Below, piece by piece: positions 14,901 through 23,290 of a stretch of DNA of 42,611 nt (the first letter of the stretch is position 1; every line of letters begins with the position of its first letter). The notes beneath the pieces were generated by a model. That model was not told the origin of the DNA and made no database searches. It worked only from the letters and a program-made list of their open reading frames with translations. Origin of the DNA: Flavobacteriales bacterium (GTDB lineage Bacteria > Bacteroidota > Bacteroidia > Flavobacteriales_D > Sanyastnellaceae); the NCBI GenBank assembly GCA_027488055.1, contig JAIYCK010000287.1, forward strand, positions 1 through 42,611. The letters are read 5' to 3'. The position numbers and the translations under genes are program-made.

Positions 14901-16908
14901 TATCGCAGCCAATGGCGTGAACTACGATGCTCAAAGCATGAATTGGTCATTTGAAACCAGTTCCGTCAATTTGAAGTGCGAAGTATATGGCGCTGCGAAT
15001 TCGTATTATGAGAATTTGGCAACGCGCTATCAATTGAATTTGGATGTCCAAGAGTATGGAGGCTATGGTTACTCCAGTCCAGCTCTGATGGTCGCCGTGT
15101 TGGACAGCGCCACGTTGCAACCATGGAAGAGTAATTATGCAGGTTTAGCCCCCGATTTCGATTTTGGTAATACACTGGCCAGTGCCAATGCCCGCTCAAG
15201 GCAAGAGAAGTATTTTATTTTTCAGCAGTCCGATCCTGTCCAAATGATTGGCCTTGCGAACATGCTCAACAATGAAATAGAGGATGGACATCACCTTTTG
15301 TTGTACACGTGGCAATATGCAATTCCTTCTGCTTGGCCAAATGAATTGACAGAGGCTTTCGACCTTTTGGGACTCAGCACGCTCACAGCTATGGCTGATA
15401 GTCTACCTTTTATTCAGTACATGCAAATGGGCCACTCGGAGAATATGGAGGGTGTCATTGGGCAAAATGCAGAGTCGTTTTTGCAGTTAGAAGTAGACTT
15501 AACAGGAGCTCAAGGATTCGGAATACTGACAACACCAATCATTGGCCCTGCAATGGCATGGGAAGAAACTGAATGGTTGTTCGGTCCTGCAGGGTTGGGA
15601 ACCACAGACTCACAAATGATAGAAACCATCGGTTCAATTCCTGCAAATCCGACCACTTTGGATGCACAAATTGATCAATGGATCAATCCCGGAAATGACA
15701 TAGGTGTGATTGATCCTATGGATTATTCTTTCGTTCAAATGCGAACCGTGCTTTCCGACAGTGCGGCAGGAACCGCTGCCCAATTGAAACGAATGCATGT
15801 GTGGTTTGATGAAGCGCCTGAGTTAGCATTGAAAGGTGAAGATGGATTCTATCGTTCTGCGGATACCATTGCTCAAGGCAATACGTGGAGCATGATGATG
15901 CCTGTGGGTAATATTGGACATGTACAAACGGATAGTGTAAGGGTTTTGTATTATGTTGTGGATTCCAAAGGAGGCATACATAAGTTACCATATGATCGGC
16001 AAGCACCAATGGAAGCAGGCGCATTGTTGCGCGACACCCTGCGCATAGCCACAGCGGACTTACCTGGATTGAATCGCTTGGTGATGATAGTGAATCCGCT
16101 TGACAGCAATACCATGCAGCAGGATCAAAAGGAGCAATTTTATTTCAATAATGTGCTGGAGCTGCCATTTTTTGTGCAAGCAGATAAGGTTCCACCCATC
16201 CTGGAAGTGACCGCCGACGGAAGGCATCTGCTGGACGGAGAAATCATTTCATCACGCCCCGAAATATTGATCAGTTTGCGGGATGAAAACCGATATATAT
16301 GGATGAATGAACTATCGGATACTTCCAATTTTCGCATTTATTTGACCAATCCACTGCAAGAGGTCATGGTGCTTCGATTTGATGATCCAACGATAGAGGT
16401 TGCGCTTTCAAGTAACTCGAATGTGCCATTTCACATTTATTATAGGCCAACCTTCCTGAGGGACGGTATGTATGATTTGAGGGTACAGGCGAACGACAAA
16501 AGCGGCAATCAAAGCGGTGAATTGGATTATCGAATTCATTTTAAGGTGATCAATCAAGCCAGCATCAGTGCGATGATGAATTATCCCAATCCATTTAGCA
16601 CGTCGACCCGTTTTGTTTTCACGATCACAGGGTCAGAGGTTCCAGATGATATCAAAATTCAAATCATGTCAATAGGAGGTGAGGTCGTACGTGAAATCAT
16701 GAAAGACGAGCTCGGCCCTTTGCATATAGGTCGCAACATGACGGAATATGCTTGGGATGGTCGTGATGAATTTGGTGATCAATTGGCCAATGGGGTGTAC
16801 TTCTATCGCACGGTTGTGCGTTATCAGAATGAAGATATGAAACACTTAGAAAGCGCTGCAGATGCATATTTCAAAGAAGGATTTGGCAAGATGTACTTGA
16901 TGCGATGA
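11935..16908 (+). CDS. PorU-like peptidase C25 (gingipain-fold) family protein, 1657 aa, with CARDB-like Ig domains and a FlgD-Ig/CTD-like C-terminal domain plus a tail
   Basis: Signal peptide MRLFLIIIGTLWLSARCLG. The N-terminal block EWIDYNTTYWHFPVVQKGLHRISYDDLLQAG is typical of long Bacteroidota C25 homologs. The catalytic-dyad contexts are MTFFGHASSTGF (His629, codon 13819-13821) and LLIGNSCYTGN (Cys659, codon 13909-13911). A CARDB-like segment reads VLVRAVVHNIGKATSESIEV. The C-terminus is NYPNPFSTSTRFVF...EYAWDGRDEFGDQLANGVYFYRTVV, followed by a ~28-aa extension. Confidence 0.85.
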   Translation: MRLFLIIIGTLWLSARCLGQLGHEWIDYNTTYWHFPVVQKGLHRISYDDLLQAGMPVSNIHPAQLRLYAKGKMVSLHFIGDSDEVLEQGEYYCAYLDRHRGEMETGAYGLEAYRPDNEYSLFNDTLHHYLTVTPDNGMLMAEIAMPLDTNLPIHTSVGYTVRHALHARYYAGRADNNGVSLPTYDEGEGWFDEAFGTTTYEVDLPLTHRSSAFSSVHLQWKVAGVNSALGIPNHHLQMGVGTDFEPLFDTTFTGHKLIQKHLEVLMDSEATTLNVGFKAINDLGVSSDLMALGSMQCTYQRLPIFSNTAPHEFIVQAIEGTSWTKLPLSLQGYVQPTVYRILGDLVQHLPLVFNGTNWDVYIPWSGELQQQLILVDQNAPLSIVPPTPYTMIDYVSSMEDNQLIIVTHRSLWNAAQNYAVFKQANGHSVLVLDAEQLYHQYGGGVMKNPLAIRRCMEHAFSSGIAPGHLFIIGKSIHESPVSGEAGARNTPTLYERNLVPTWGNPGSDALYTAGLNGTLYEPAIPTGRLAAANSDDVLNYLNKVVEHSLQPPAMWKKNVMHFGGGSIAYEQEIFRSYLNAYKSTAEGLQWGAEVHGFFKNTSEPIQLDVSDSIQLLINQGVSVMTFFGHASSTGFDQNIDAPENYSNQGKYPLLIGNSCYTGNIHLAAAQSTSERFVLAPNRGVIGFLAKGDLGIPTYLDIYTANFYRHLFQVSYGASIGTCMQRSIADFQSVGDFYEQNVAQTFMFHGDPSIILFPHALPDLSIDIADVILPNSPLAASNETVLVRAVVHNIGKATSESIEVVLRQQTPLGVDTAYVATLNGLLHSDTVQWIVAGLDEVGTHQFSVEVDYPGNAIEELEEAANNVASGIQLQVTDGDIRPVYPYPFAVIDESQPILRASTGFPLEPMRNYRLQVDTTASFDSPLMAEHDIASVGGVIEWPLPFVLQDSMVVFWRCSSIGGDWRWRTASFQYVSNQRGWGMQHRDQFKSIAANGVNYDAQSMNWSFETSSVNLKCEVYGAANSYYENLATRYQLNLDVQEYGGYGYSSPALMVAVLDSATLQPWKSNYAGLAPDFDFGNTLASANARSRQEKYFIFQQSDPVQMIGLANMLNNEIEDGHHLLLYTWQYAIPSAWPNELTEAFDLLGLSTLTAMADSLPFIQYMQMGHSENMEGVIGQNAESFLQLEVDLTGAQGFGILTTPIIGPAMAWEETEWLFGPAGLGTTDSQMIETIGSIPANPTTLDAQIDQWINPGNDIGVIDPMDYSFVQMRTVLSDSAAGTAAQLKRMHVWFDEAPELALKGEDGFYRSADTIAQGNTWSMMMPVGNIGHVQTDSVRVLYYVVDSKGGIHKLPYDRQAPMEAGALLRDTLRIATADLPGLNRLVMIVNPLDSNTMQQDQKEQFYFNNVLELPFFVQADKVPPILEVTADGRHLLDGEIISSRPEILISLRDENRYIWMNELSDTSNFRIYLTNPLQEVMVLRFDDPTIEVALSSNSNVPFHIYYRPTFLRDGMYDLRVQANDKSGNQSGELDYRIHFKVINQASISAMMNYPNPFSTSTRFVFTITGSEVPDDIKIQIMSIGGEVVREIMKDELGPLHIGRNMTEYAWDGRDEFGDQLANGVYFYRTVVRYQNEDMKHLESAADAYFKEGFGKMYLMR

Positions 16909-16913
16909 AGGCA

Positions 16914-16945
16914 TAAAAAAAGGATGGCTTTTGCCATCCTTTTTT
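16914..16945. terminator. Bidirectional rho-independent terminator shared by the convergent C25 gene and cargo 2 gene
   Basis: aaaaaaaa-GGATGGC-tttt-GCCATCC-tttttt: a 7-bp GC-rich stem with an A-run on one side and a T-run on the other. It lies between stops 16908 and 16966. Confidence 0.8.
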
Positions 16946-16965
16946 ATTATTTATGAATAGGAAAT

Positions 16966-19900
16966 TTATTCCACAATCATCTTGATCGTCTGAATATTAG
17001 CACCATCCTTGACTTGGATGCAGTAAATACCTGCCTGCAAATCTTGATTTGGATGGATCATAGTTGACAATGAACCATCTACTTGATACGTCTGGTTCAG
17101 AACAATTTTTCCGAGAGCATCGATCATACACACATCAATTGCATTGCTTTTGACGTCGGATGCATTGAGAATAAATCCTTGACCGTTATTTGGGTTGGGA
17201 TACACAGCTATGTGCTGATCATTGCCTTCCTCCATGCGGTGCTTAGCGGGATTAGATTGCGTGATGGCTTCTGTTGCTTCCAACACCGATCCCCCCACGA
17301 AAATGGTTTGAGCGGTTCCGAATACACCTTGGTTGACACCTCCGACACCGAAATTGGGACGAATACGCACGCTGTAATATGATTGCGGCTGAATACTTTG
17401 TCCGGCTGGTGATGTTGTGCCAGGCAATGTGAGCGAAATGATACGAGATGTATTGGTATATGTAAACGGAATACCAGCTGGTGTTGCATCGTTGCAGCCC
17501 ACTATGGGAGTGAACTCGAAGGTATAGTTGGTGACACCGCAAACAAATGGATCAGTGCGCAAAAAAGAAGTAGGCAATAGTGTGGCAGGAGCGGAGCATC
17601 GCTGACCTGAACGCACTTGCAGATCACTGTGAGGAGCGATTTGAACAATGCAACCTGGATTTGAACCATAAACGATAATATCTACATCATCCCCAGCTGC
17701 ATTTTGTAAGGTGTTGTAATTCGCATCGACGATTACATAATAGGAATTTCCCGGAACAAGTCCGAAAGCGTTGTTTCCAAGGCTCACGCTGCCAGTTGTG
17801 GTTAAAGTACCACCACCAATTGATCCAGGCGTTGGCGTGAATGTCACCGTATAAGAATTGGCACCCGTCCATTTTGGCTTGAAAGTGGAACAAATACTTA
17901 ACGGCTGGCTCACGTTGGTTGGGCAGCCTGATCGTAGGAGTTGTTTGATGCAAACAGAAAATCCGCCACCCAGACCACTTGCAGCGCCGACAGAGACATA
18001 ATATGTTTGGCCAGGCGTAAGACCATTGAAATTGAGTGTTTCAGTACCTTCGGTCGCAGAGCTTGCGTTTTCGGTGCCGCCAATAACTGGGCTGAATGTG
18101 GCATCAAGCAATTGGATCGCTCCATCCATATTGGTGTGGCTAAGTTGGATACTAACACTGGGTAAATCTGCCACAAAGCTATACCATACATCGGGTCCGA
18201 TATAGGCATTGCTTTCGTTTGAGTTAGTCGCATTCGAACAGTTACCACTGTAGGTAGCACATTGTGGGTACCACGCATTGCCGCCAGGAACAAATGCTGC
18301 ATTGGATGGTCCATCATTGGCTGGTGGACAAATACTACAAGAAGCATAACATACTACATTCAAGGTCATGTTTGCTGCAGCTAAAGTGAATGAACGATTG
18401 CCACTTGTGTTGCATCCGCCGGGTACAGTTTCATCTTGTCCCCATGCATTACCATTCACAAATTTGTAATAATATGTGGTGTTTTCAGGCATACTCAAAG
18501 TCACCGTATAAATACCATCGGCATTTCCATCCGACATGGCCGTTGTAGCCGGATTCCAATCTTGGAAGGAACCAGCTATGTGCACTCCTTGGGGAGAAAC
18601 GGTTTGTCCAGACATATCTACTTGGAAGGTCACATCGTAATTCCCATTGGGACAGTCTGCGCACAGTCCAAAGCAGACTGTTGACAGAGAGACGTTCGAT
18701 GTAGCCACAGCTCCTGAGCGGTTGGTGGAAGTAGCACATGCGCCAGGCACGGACTCAGCATTCGGCCAGTTATTTCCGTTGATGAATTTGTATTGGAAAG
18801 AAGTGTTTTCCGGGATACTTACCGTGACGGTATAGACACCATCGAGGTCAGGATCGGTCATAAGTGTAGTCGCAGGAAGCCATCCTTGGAAGCTGCCTGC
18901 TACGTGCACGCCATTTGGACTGACCGTTTGTTGACTCATATTGACGGCAAAAGTGACATCGTAATTGGCAGCTGGGCAAACAGTACAAAGTGCGTAACAA
19001 ACCACAGGGATGGTCATATCGCTATTGCCCACTGTCACCGAACGATTGCCGCCAGAATTGCAGGCACCGGGCACAGTCTCAGCATTCGGCCATCCATTGC
19101 CGTTGATGTATTTGAACGGATAAGTTACTCCTTCGGCAAGAGGCAAGGTGATCGTATAAATACCATCGGCGTCAAGGTCGGTCATCTCCGTGGTGGCTGG
19201 ATTCCAACCTTGGAAGGGACCGGCCAAATGCACCCCATTGCCGCTCACTGTGGAGCTGCTCATGTTGACTTGGAAGGTTACATTGCGGGTAGGAGGGCAT
19301 GCGGCACATGCATTCCAACAAACCAAACCTACAGAGGCGTCTGCATTTCCAACCGAATAAACACGGTTGTTGCCATCACCACATGGAGCGCCAATGTTGC
19401 CTTCGTACGTAGCGCCATTCAAGAATTTGTAGGAGATGTTGGTGTTTTGAGCCACCGATGTAGTGTATGTATAAATGCCACCACCTGAATTGGTCATGGC
19501 GACGGGTGTGAAGCCATTGAAAGATCCGGCGATTTTTACAGTTCCTCCAACGAATTCTTGGCTCATATTTACTTCAAAGGTGATATTCACAGGAGGCAAC
19601 GGGGTATTTACACTATAGGTGTAATTTCCACCTCCATTGCGGTGCTGATGGATGGCTACCTTATCCGCATCAGCAATGGTGGGATTGCTGACAGTTGTTG
19701 TAAACAGATAATATGACACTACAGCTCCCGCGCTTTGCGGAGGAATAGCCGCTGTACCTGTGGAGCCCACGAAACTTACTGGAACTAAAGAAGAGGACGA
19801 AAATCCATCGGTGGAATAACGGATGTATGCTAGTTCTTCTGGACTTGGAGCTGCGCTAGCTGTTACGGTCAACGTAACTGCGTCGGAACTTGTAATATTC

Positions 19901-20400
19901 CCATTGGTAGGAGAGCTGGAAATACCGCTAACCGTAATGGGTTGGGCCGATGTTTCCATGAAAATTAGCTGCGTATTGGTATAACCAATGTCTACCCAGT
20001 TCATTGTATACCATTTATTGTTGGCTATGGTTATTGTATGGTTGCCTCCGCCAAAAGAGCTCGTTTGCAATCCATTGAAGGCAATTGTTGCTCCTCCCCA
20101 TCCATTGGCCCAATAGTTTGATGTAGGACCGCTAGAGAGTTTGAATTGGTAGGTGCCTCCAACCAAATTGCCGCCTGAGGCTGCTACACTGAACTGTGTT
20201 TGCCATTTGCGCGTGCCAAAGCCAGTTACGGCCAAAGTGCCACCAGCGCCTTGGTTGGGATTGCGCAATACAGGATTGGTTGGTGCATTGGTCCAGCTAT
20301 CCCAGGCACCGGGCATATTCAATCCTTCGGGCTCATAAATTTGAGCGAAATACAGCGAGCTGATGGCCAATAGCCACGCCATGATCAAAAACTTTTTCAT
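16966..20400 (-). CDS. Secreted multi-domain protein with four tandem CBM20/48-like (starch-binding/E-set type) modules and a type-A T9SS C-terminal sorting domain, 1144 aa
   Basis: Start set at ATG 20400 (MKKFLIMAWLLAISSLYFAQ, a signal peptide). Four ~105-aa repeats have the form VTFxVNMS..V..GVHxAGSFQGWxPATTxMxD.D.DGIYTVT....YxYKFxNGNxW...ExVPG.C..S.NR....C...C..CP. A PPC-like segment follows. The tail is VYPNPNNGQGFILNASD...AGIYCIQVKDGANIQTIKMIVE. Confidence 0.88.
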   Translation of the reverse strand: MKKFLIMAWLLAISSLYFAQIYEPEGLNMPGAWDSWTNAPTNPVLRNPNQGAGGTLAVTGFGTRKWQTQFSVAASGGNLVGGTYQFKLSSGPTSNYWANGWGGATIAFNGLQTSSFGGGNHTITIANNKWYTMNWVDIGYTNTQLIFMETSAQPITVSGISSSPTNGNITSSDAVTLTVTASAAPSPEELAYIRYSTDGFSSSSLVPVSFVGSTGTAAIPPQSAGAVVSYYLFTTTVSNPTIADADKVAIHQHRNGGGNYTYSVNTPLPPVNITFEVNMSQEFVGGTVKIAGSFNGFTPVAMTNSGGGIYTYTTSVAQNTNISYKFLNGATYEGNIGAPCGDGNNRVYSVGNADASVGLVCWNACAACPPTRNVTFQVNMSSSTVSGNGVHLAGPFQGWNPATTEMTDLDADGIYTITLPLAEGVTYPFKYINGNGWPNAETVPGACNSGGNRSVTVGNSDMTIPVVCYALCTVCPAANYDVTFAVNMSQQTVSPNGVHVAGSFQGWLPATTLMTDPDLDGVYTVTVSIPENTSFQYKFINGNNWPNAESVPGACATSTNRSGAVATSNVSLSTVCFGLCADCPNGNYDVTFQVDMSGQTVSPQGVHIAGSFQDWNPATTAMSDGNADGIYTVTLSMPENTTYYYKFVNGNAWGQDETVPGGCNTSGNRSFTLAAANMTLNVVCYASCSICPPANDGPSNAAFVPGGNAWYPQCATYSGNCSNATNSNESNAYIGPDVWYSFVADLPSVSIQLSHTNMDGAIQLLDATFSPVIGGTENASSATEGTETLNFNGLTPGQTYYVSVGAASGLGGGFSVCIKQLLRSGCPTNVSQPLSICSTFKPKWTGANSYTVTFTPTPGSIGGGTLTTTGSVSLGNNAFGLVPGNSYYVIVDANYNTLQNAAGDDVDIIVYGSNPGCIVQIAPHSDLQVRSGQRCSAPATLLPTSFLRTDPFVCGVTNYTFEFTPIVGCNDATPAGIPFTYTNTSRIISLTLPGTTSPAGQSIQPQSYYSVRIRPNFGVGGVNQGVFGTAQTIFVGGSVLEATEAITQSNPAKHRMEEGNDQHIAVYPNPNNGQGFILNASDVKSNAIDVCMIDALGKIVLNQTYQVDGSLSTMIHPNQDLQAGIYCIQVKDGANIQTIKMIVE
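18328..19590 (-). repeat. Four tandem ~300-315-bp coding repeats (CBM-like modules), diverged to roughly 50-60 percent amino acid identity by eye
   Basis: In ORF-track numbering, the repeats span residues 302-400, 403-507, 511-615 and 619-722 of ORF 16966..20493. Confidence 0.85.
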
Positions 20401-20547
20401 TGGTTTGTTTAGATTAAGGATAATTAAGGTTTGCCAAATCGATGACCTGCATACAATTAGGCACACGAATTTAACTAAGTGTATTATTGACACCTATCAA
20501 AGACGGCCTAATTTATGTATAATTATTGTAAGGCTAAGGTTATGGAA

Positions 20548-21900
20548 TCAACCAAATAAGTGTGCCACCATTTCCTCGACCTTGCACACTTGGATGATTT
20601 GTATTTGACCACCAAGGTCTTCCAGTCCTTTGCTGTATCCAGAGACAAATATTTTGTGGAATCCGAGTTTCTTGGCTTCCTGAATGCGGCCATCTGTGCG
20701 GTGGACGGGCCTGATTTCTCCGCTTAATCCAACTTCCCCGGCGAAGGCTGTGAGCGGCGGTAAAGCAATGTCTTCATTGGAACTGAGAATGGCGGCAATC
20801 ACGGCGAGATCCATGGCGGGGTCCTCAATGCGCATGCCTCCTGCTACATTCAAGAACACATCTTTGGATCCCAATCTGAAACCGCATCTTTTTTCTAGCA
20901 CTGCCAAAAGCATATTGAGTCGGCGGATGTCGAATCCGGTGGTACTGCGTTGTGGGGTTCCATATACGGCGGTGCTGACCAAACTTTGGATTTCTAGTAA
21001 GATGGGTCGGACCCCTTCCATGCAAGCTCCAATGGCAGATCCACTGAGCTGTTCGTCGTGCTGATGGATGAAGAGATCGCTCGGATTATTGACCTCTTGC
21101 AGTCCAGCGTGCCGCATTTCGTAAATACCCAATTCATTGGTACTACCGAATCGGTTTTTTGGTGTCCTCAGCAAGCGGTAGATATGTTGACGATCTCCCT
21201 CAAAATGGAGAACCGTATCTACCATATGCTCCAATACTTTAGGTCCAGCGAGTGTCCCTTCCTTTGTGATATGCCCAATTAAAATCACAACGGTATTGGT
21301 CTCTTTGGCAAACTTCAACAATTGGCTAGCACATTCGCGAACCTGTCCTACGCTGCCAGGCGGGCTTTCGATGGTATCGGTGCTCAATGTTTGGATGGAG
21401 TCAATGATGACCAGAGAAGGTTGATGCTCGTGCAAGTGGAGCAAAATTGTTTCGAGCGATGTTTCCATGAGGACCAAGCATCGTGGGTTGGAATATCCGA
21501 CGCGGTCTGCGCGCATTTTGATTTGCTCTGCGCTTTCTTCGCCGCTCACATACAGCACTGACATATTGAGTTGGCGTAAAGCCAATTGAATCATGAGCGT
21601 GGATTTCCCAATTCCAGGTTCGCCGCCGAACAGCAGTAAACTTCCTGGCACCAGTCCGCCACCAAGCACGCGATGTAATTCTTGATCGAGCACTTCCATC
21701 CGCGGTAGCATTTGAGACTCGAGGTCATGGATAGCTTTGGGAGTCGACTTTTTGCGTGCACCGCCAGAGGAGGTGGTTGGTTTTTGGATCACCTCTTCCA
21801 CAAAACTATTCCATTCGCCACATGAGGGGCATTTTCCCAGATACTTTGCTGCCTGTGTTCCGCAGTTTTGGCAGAAGAATGCGGTTTTGATTTTGCTCAT
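20548..21900 (-). CDS. radA: DNA repair protein RadA/Sms
   Basis: N-terminal zinc finger FFCQNCGTQAAKYLGKCPSCGEWNSF, Walker A GGEPGIGKST, the KNRFG motif, and a Lon-like C-terminal domain. Confidence 0.95.
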   Translation of the reverse strand: MSKIKTAFFCQNCGTQAAKYLGKCPSCGEWNSFVEEVIQKPTTSSGGARKKSTPKAIHDLESQMLPRMEVLDQELHRVLGGGLVPGSLLLFGGEPGIGKSTLMIQLALRQLNMSVLYVSGEESAEQIKMRADRVGYSNPRCLVLMETSLETILLHLHEHQPSLVIIDSIQTLSTDTIESPPGSVGQVRECASQLLKFAKETNTVVILIGHITKEGTLAGPKVLEHMVDTVLHFEGDRQHIYRLLRTPKNRFGSTNELGIYEMRHAGLQEVNNPSDLFIHQHDEQLSGSAIGACMEGVRPILLEIQSLVSTAVYGTPQRSTTGFDIRRLNMLLAVLEKRCGFRLGSKDVFLNVAGGMRIEDPAMDLAVIAAILSSNEDIALPPLTAFAGEVGLSGEIRPVHRTDGRIQEAKKLGFHKIFVSGYSKGLEDLGGQIQIIQVCKVEEMVAHLFG

Positions 21901-22007
21901 ACTACTATCGGGTTGCTACTTACATCCGATGCAAACTTCTGCAATTCCTGAAAAAAAATGAGATCTATCTGCTAAGTGTTGACATTTTTATTCCGAACAT
22001 TGCGCCT

Positions 22008-23282
22008 ATGAATTCATTTGAGCAATTGAAAGAGGAAGCCGTCCGATTGGATGCAGCTGATACTTTGGCGCCCATGCGTGGGGAGTATTTGTTCCCACAG
22101 CACGATGGAAAGGATGTGTTGTACTTCACTGGCAATTCGCTCGGGCTGCAGCCGAAGGGGGTGAAACAGGCATTGCTTCAAGAATGCGATGACTGGGCGC
22201 GCTTTGGTGTCGAGGGCCATATGCTTGCGGAGCGTCCTTGGCTGAGTTACCACGAACAATTTGCAGCTCCATCAGCTAGGTTGGTGGGTGCATTGCCACA
22301 TGAAGTGGTGGTAATGAATCAATTGACTGTCAATTTACATTTGTTACTCACTACTTTTTATCGTCCTGCAGGAAAACGCAATAAGATTCTCTTTGAACAA
22401 AAGCCATTTCCATCTGACCAATATGCTTTTGAGTCTCATGCACAGTTGCATGGCTTGGATCCAGCTGAAGTCTTAGTGGAGTTACCCTATTCAGAAGGAC
22501 GTACCTATCATACCACGGAAGATATTGAGCGCGCTATCGAGGGCATGGGCGATGAATTGGCGCTGGTTTGTTTCGGTGGCGTCAATTATTTTACAGGTCA
22601 GTTGTTTGATATGCAACGTATCACAGCCGCCGCTCATGCAGTGGGTGCTTACGCGGGCTTTGATTTGGCTCATGCAGCAGGGAATGCCTTGCTTCATTTG
22701 CATGATTGGAAAGTAGATTTCGCTTGCTGGTGTAGCTATAAATATCTCAATAGTGGACCTGGTGGAGTGTCAGGCATTTATATTTACGAGGAGCATACCC
22801 GCAATGCAAGTCTACCGCGACTAGCAGGTTGGTGGGGTCACGACAAGGCCAGTCGTTTTCAAATGAAAAATGGCTTTGTGCCTATTCCAACCGCAGAATC
22901 ATGGCAATTGAGCAATGCCCCCATCATGAGTATGGCGGTGCATCGCGTGGCTTTGGATCTGTTCGATCGCGTCGGTATGGCTGCACTTCGAGCAAAAAGC
23001 GAGCAACTCACGGACTTCCTCCAACGCGTCTTAATGACCGTAAGGACGGAGACCGGTTGGGCATTGGAGGTGCTGACTCCAAGCGATCCTGCCGCACGTG
23101 GATGTCAATTGAGTGTTGTCTTACCGGGCAAAGACCGGAGTTTTGTCAAAGTGCTGGCAGAGGCAGGCGTGGTAGTGGATTGGAGAGAACCCAATGTGAT
23201 CCGCTTGGCTCCAGTGCCAATGTACAATCGCTTCATGGATGTTCTTGAGCTTGGACAGCTGTTGGCGAGGTTTGCCGAATAG
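22008..23282 (+). CDS. kynU: Kynureninase
   Basis: PLP-lysine context CWCSYKYLNSGPGGVSG, the N-terminal YFTGNSLGLQP motif, and a length of 424 aa. Confidence 0.9.
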   Translation: MNSFEQLKEEAVRLDAADTLAPMRGEYLFPQHDGKDVLYFTGNSLGLQPKGVKQALLQECDDWARFGVEGHMLAERPWLSYHEQFAAPSARLVGALPHEVVVMNQLTVNLHLLLTTFYRPAGKRNKILFEQKPFPSDQYAFESHAQLHGLDPAEVLVELPYSEGRTYHTTEDIERAIEGMGDELALVCFGGVNYFTGQLFDMQRITAAAHAVGAYAGFDLAHAAGNALLHLHDWKVDFACWCSYKYLNSGPGGVSGIYIYEEHTRNASLPRLAGWWGHDKASRFQMKNGFVPIPTAESWQLSNAPIMSMAVHRVALDLFDRVGMAALRAKSEQLTDFLQRVLMTVRTETGWALEVLTPSDPAARGCQLSVVLPGKDRSFVKVLAEAGVVVDWREPNVIRLAPVPMYNRFMDVLELGQLLARFAE

Positions 23283-23290
23283 CTTCTAGT

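Noticed and set aside
18793-19488. 231-aa plus-strand ORF, together with other 60-145-aa ORFs on both strands between 17083 and 20338
   Set aside because: They lie entirely antisense to, or out of frame within, the 1144-aa cargo gene. Their products are low-complexity with no motifs. Such shadow ORFs are expected in a repeat-rich gene with biased codon usage.
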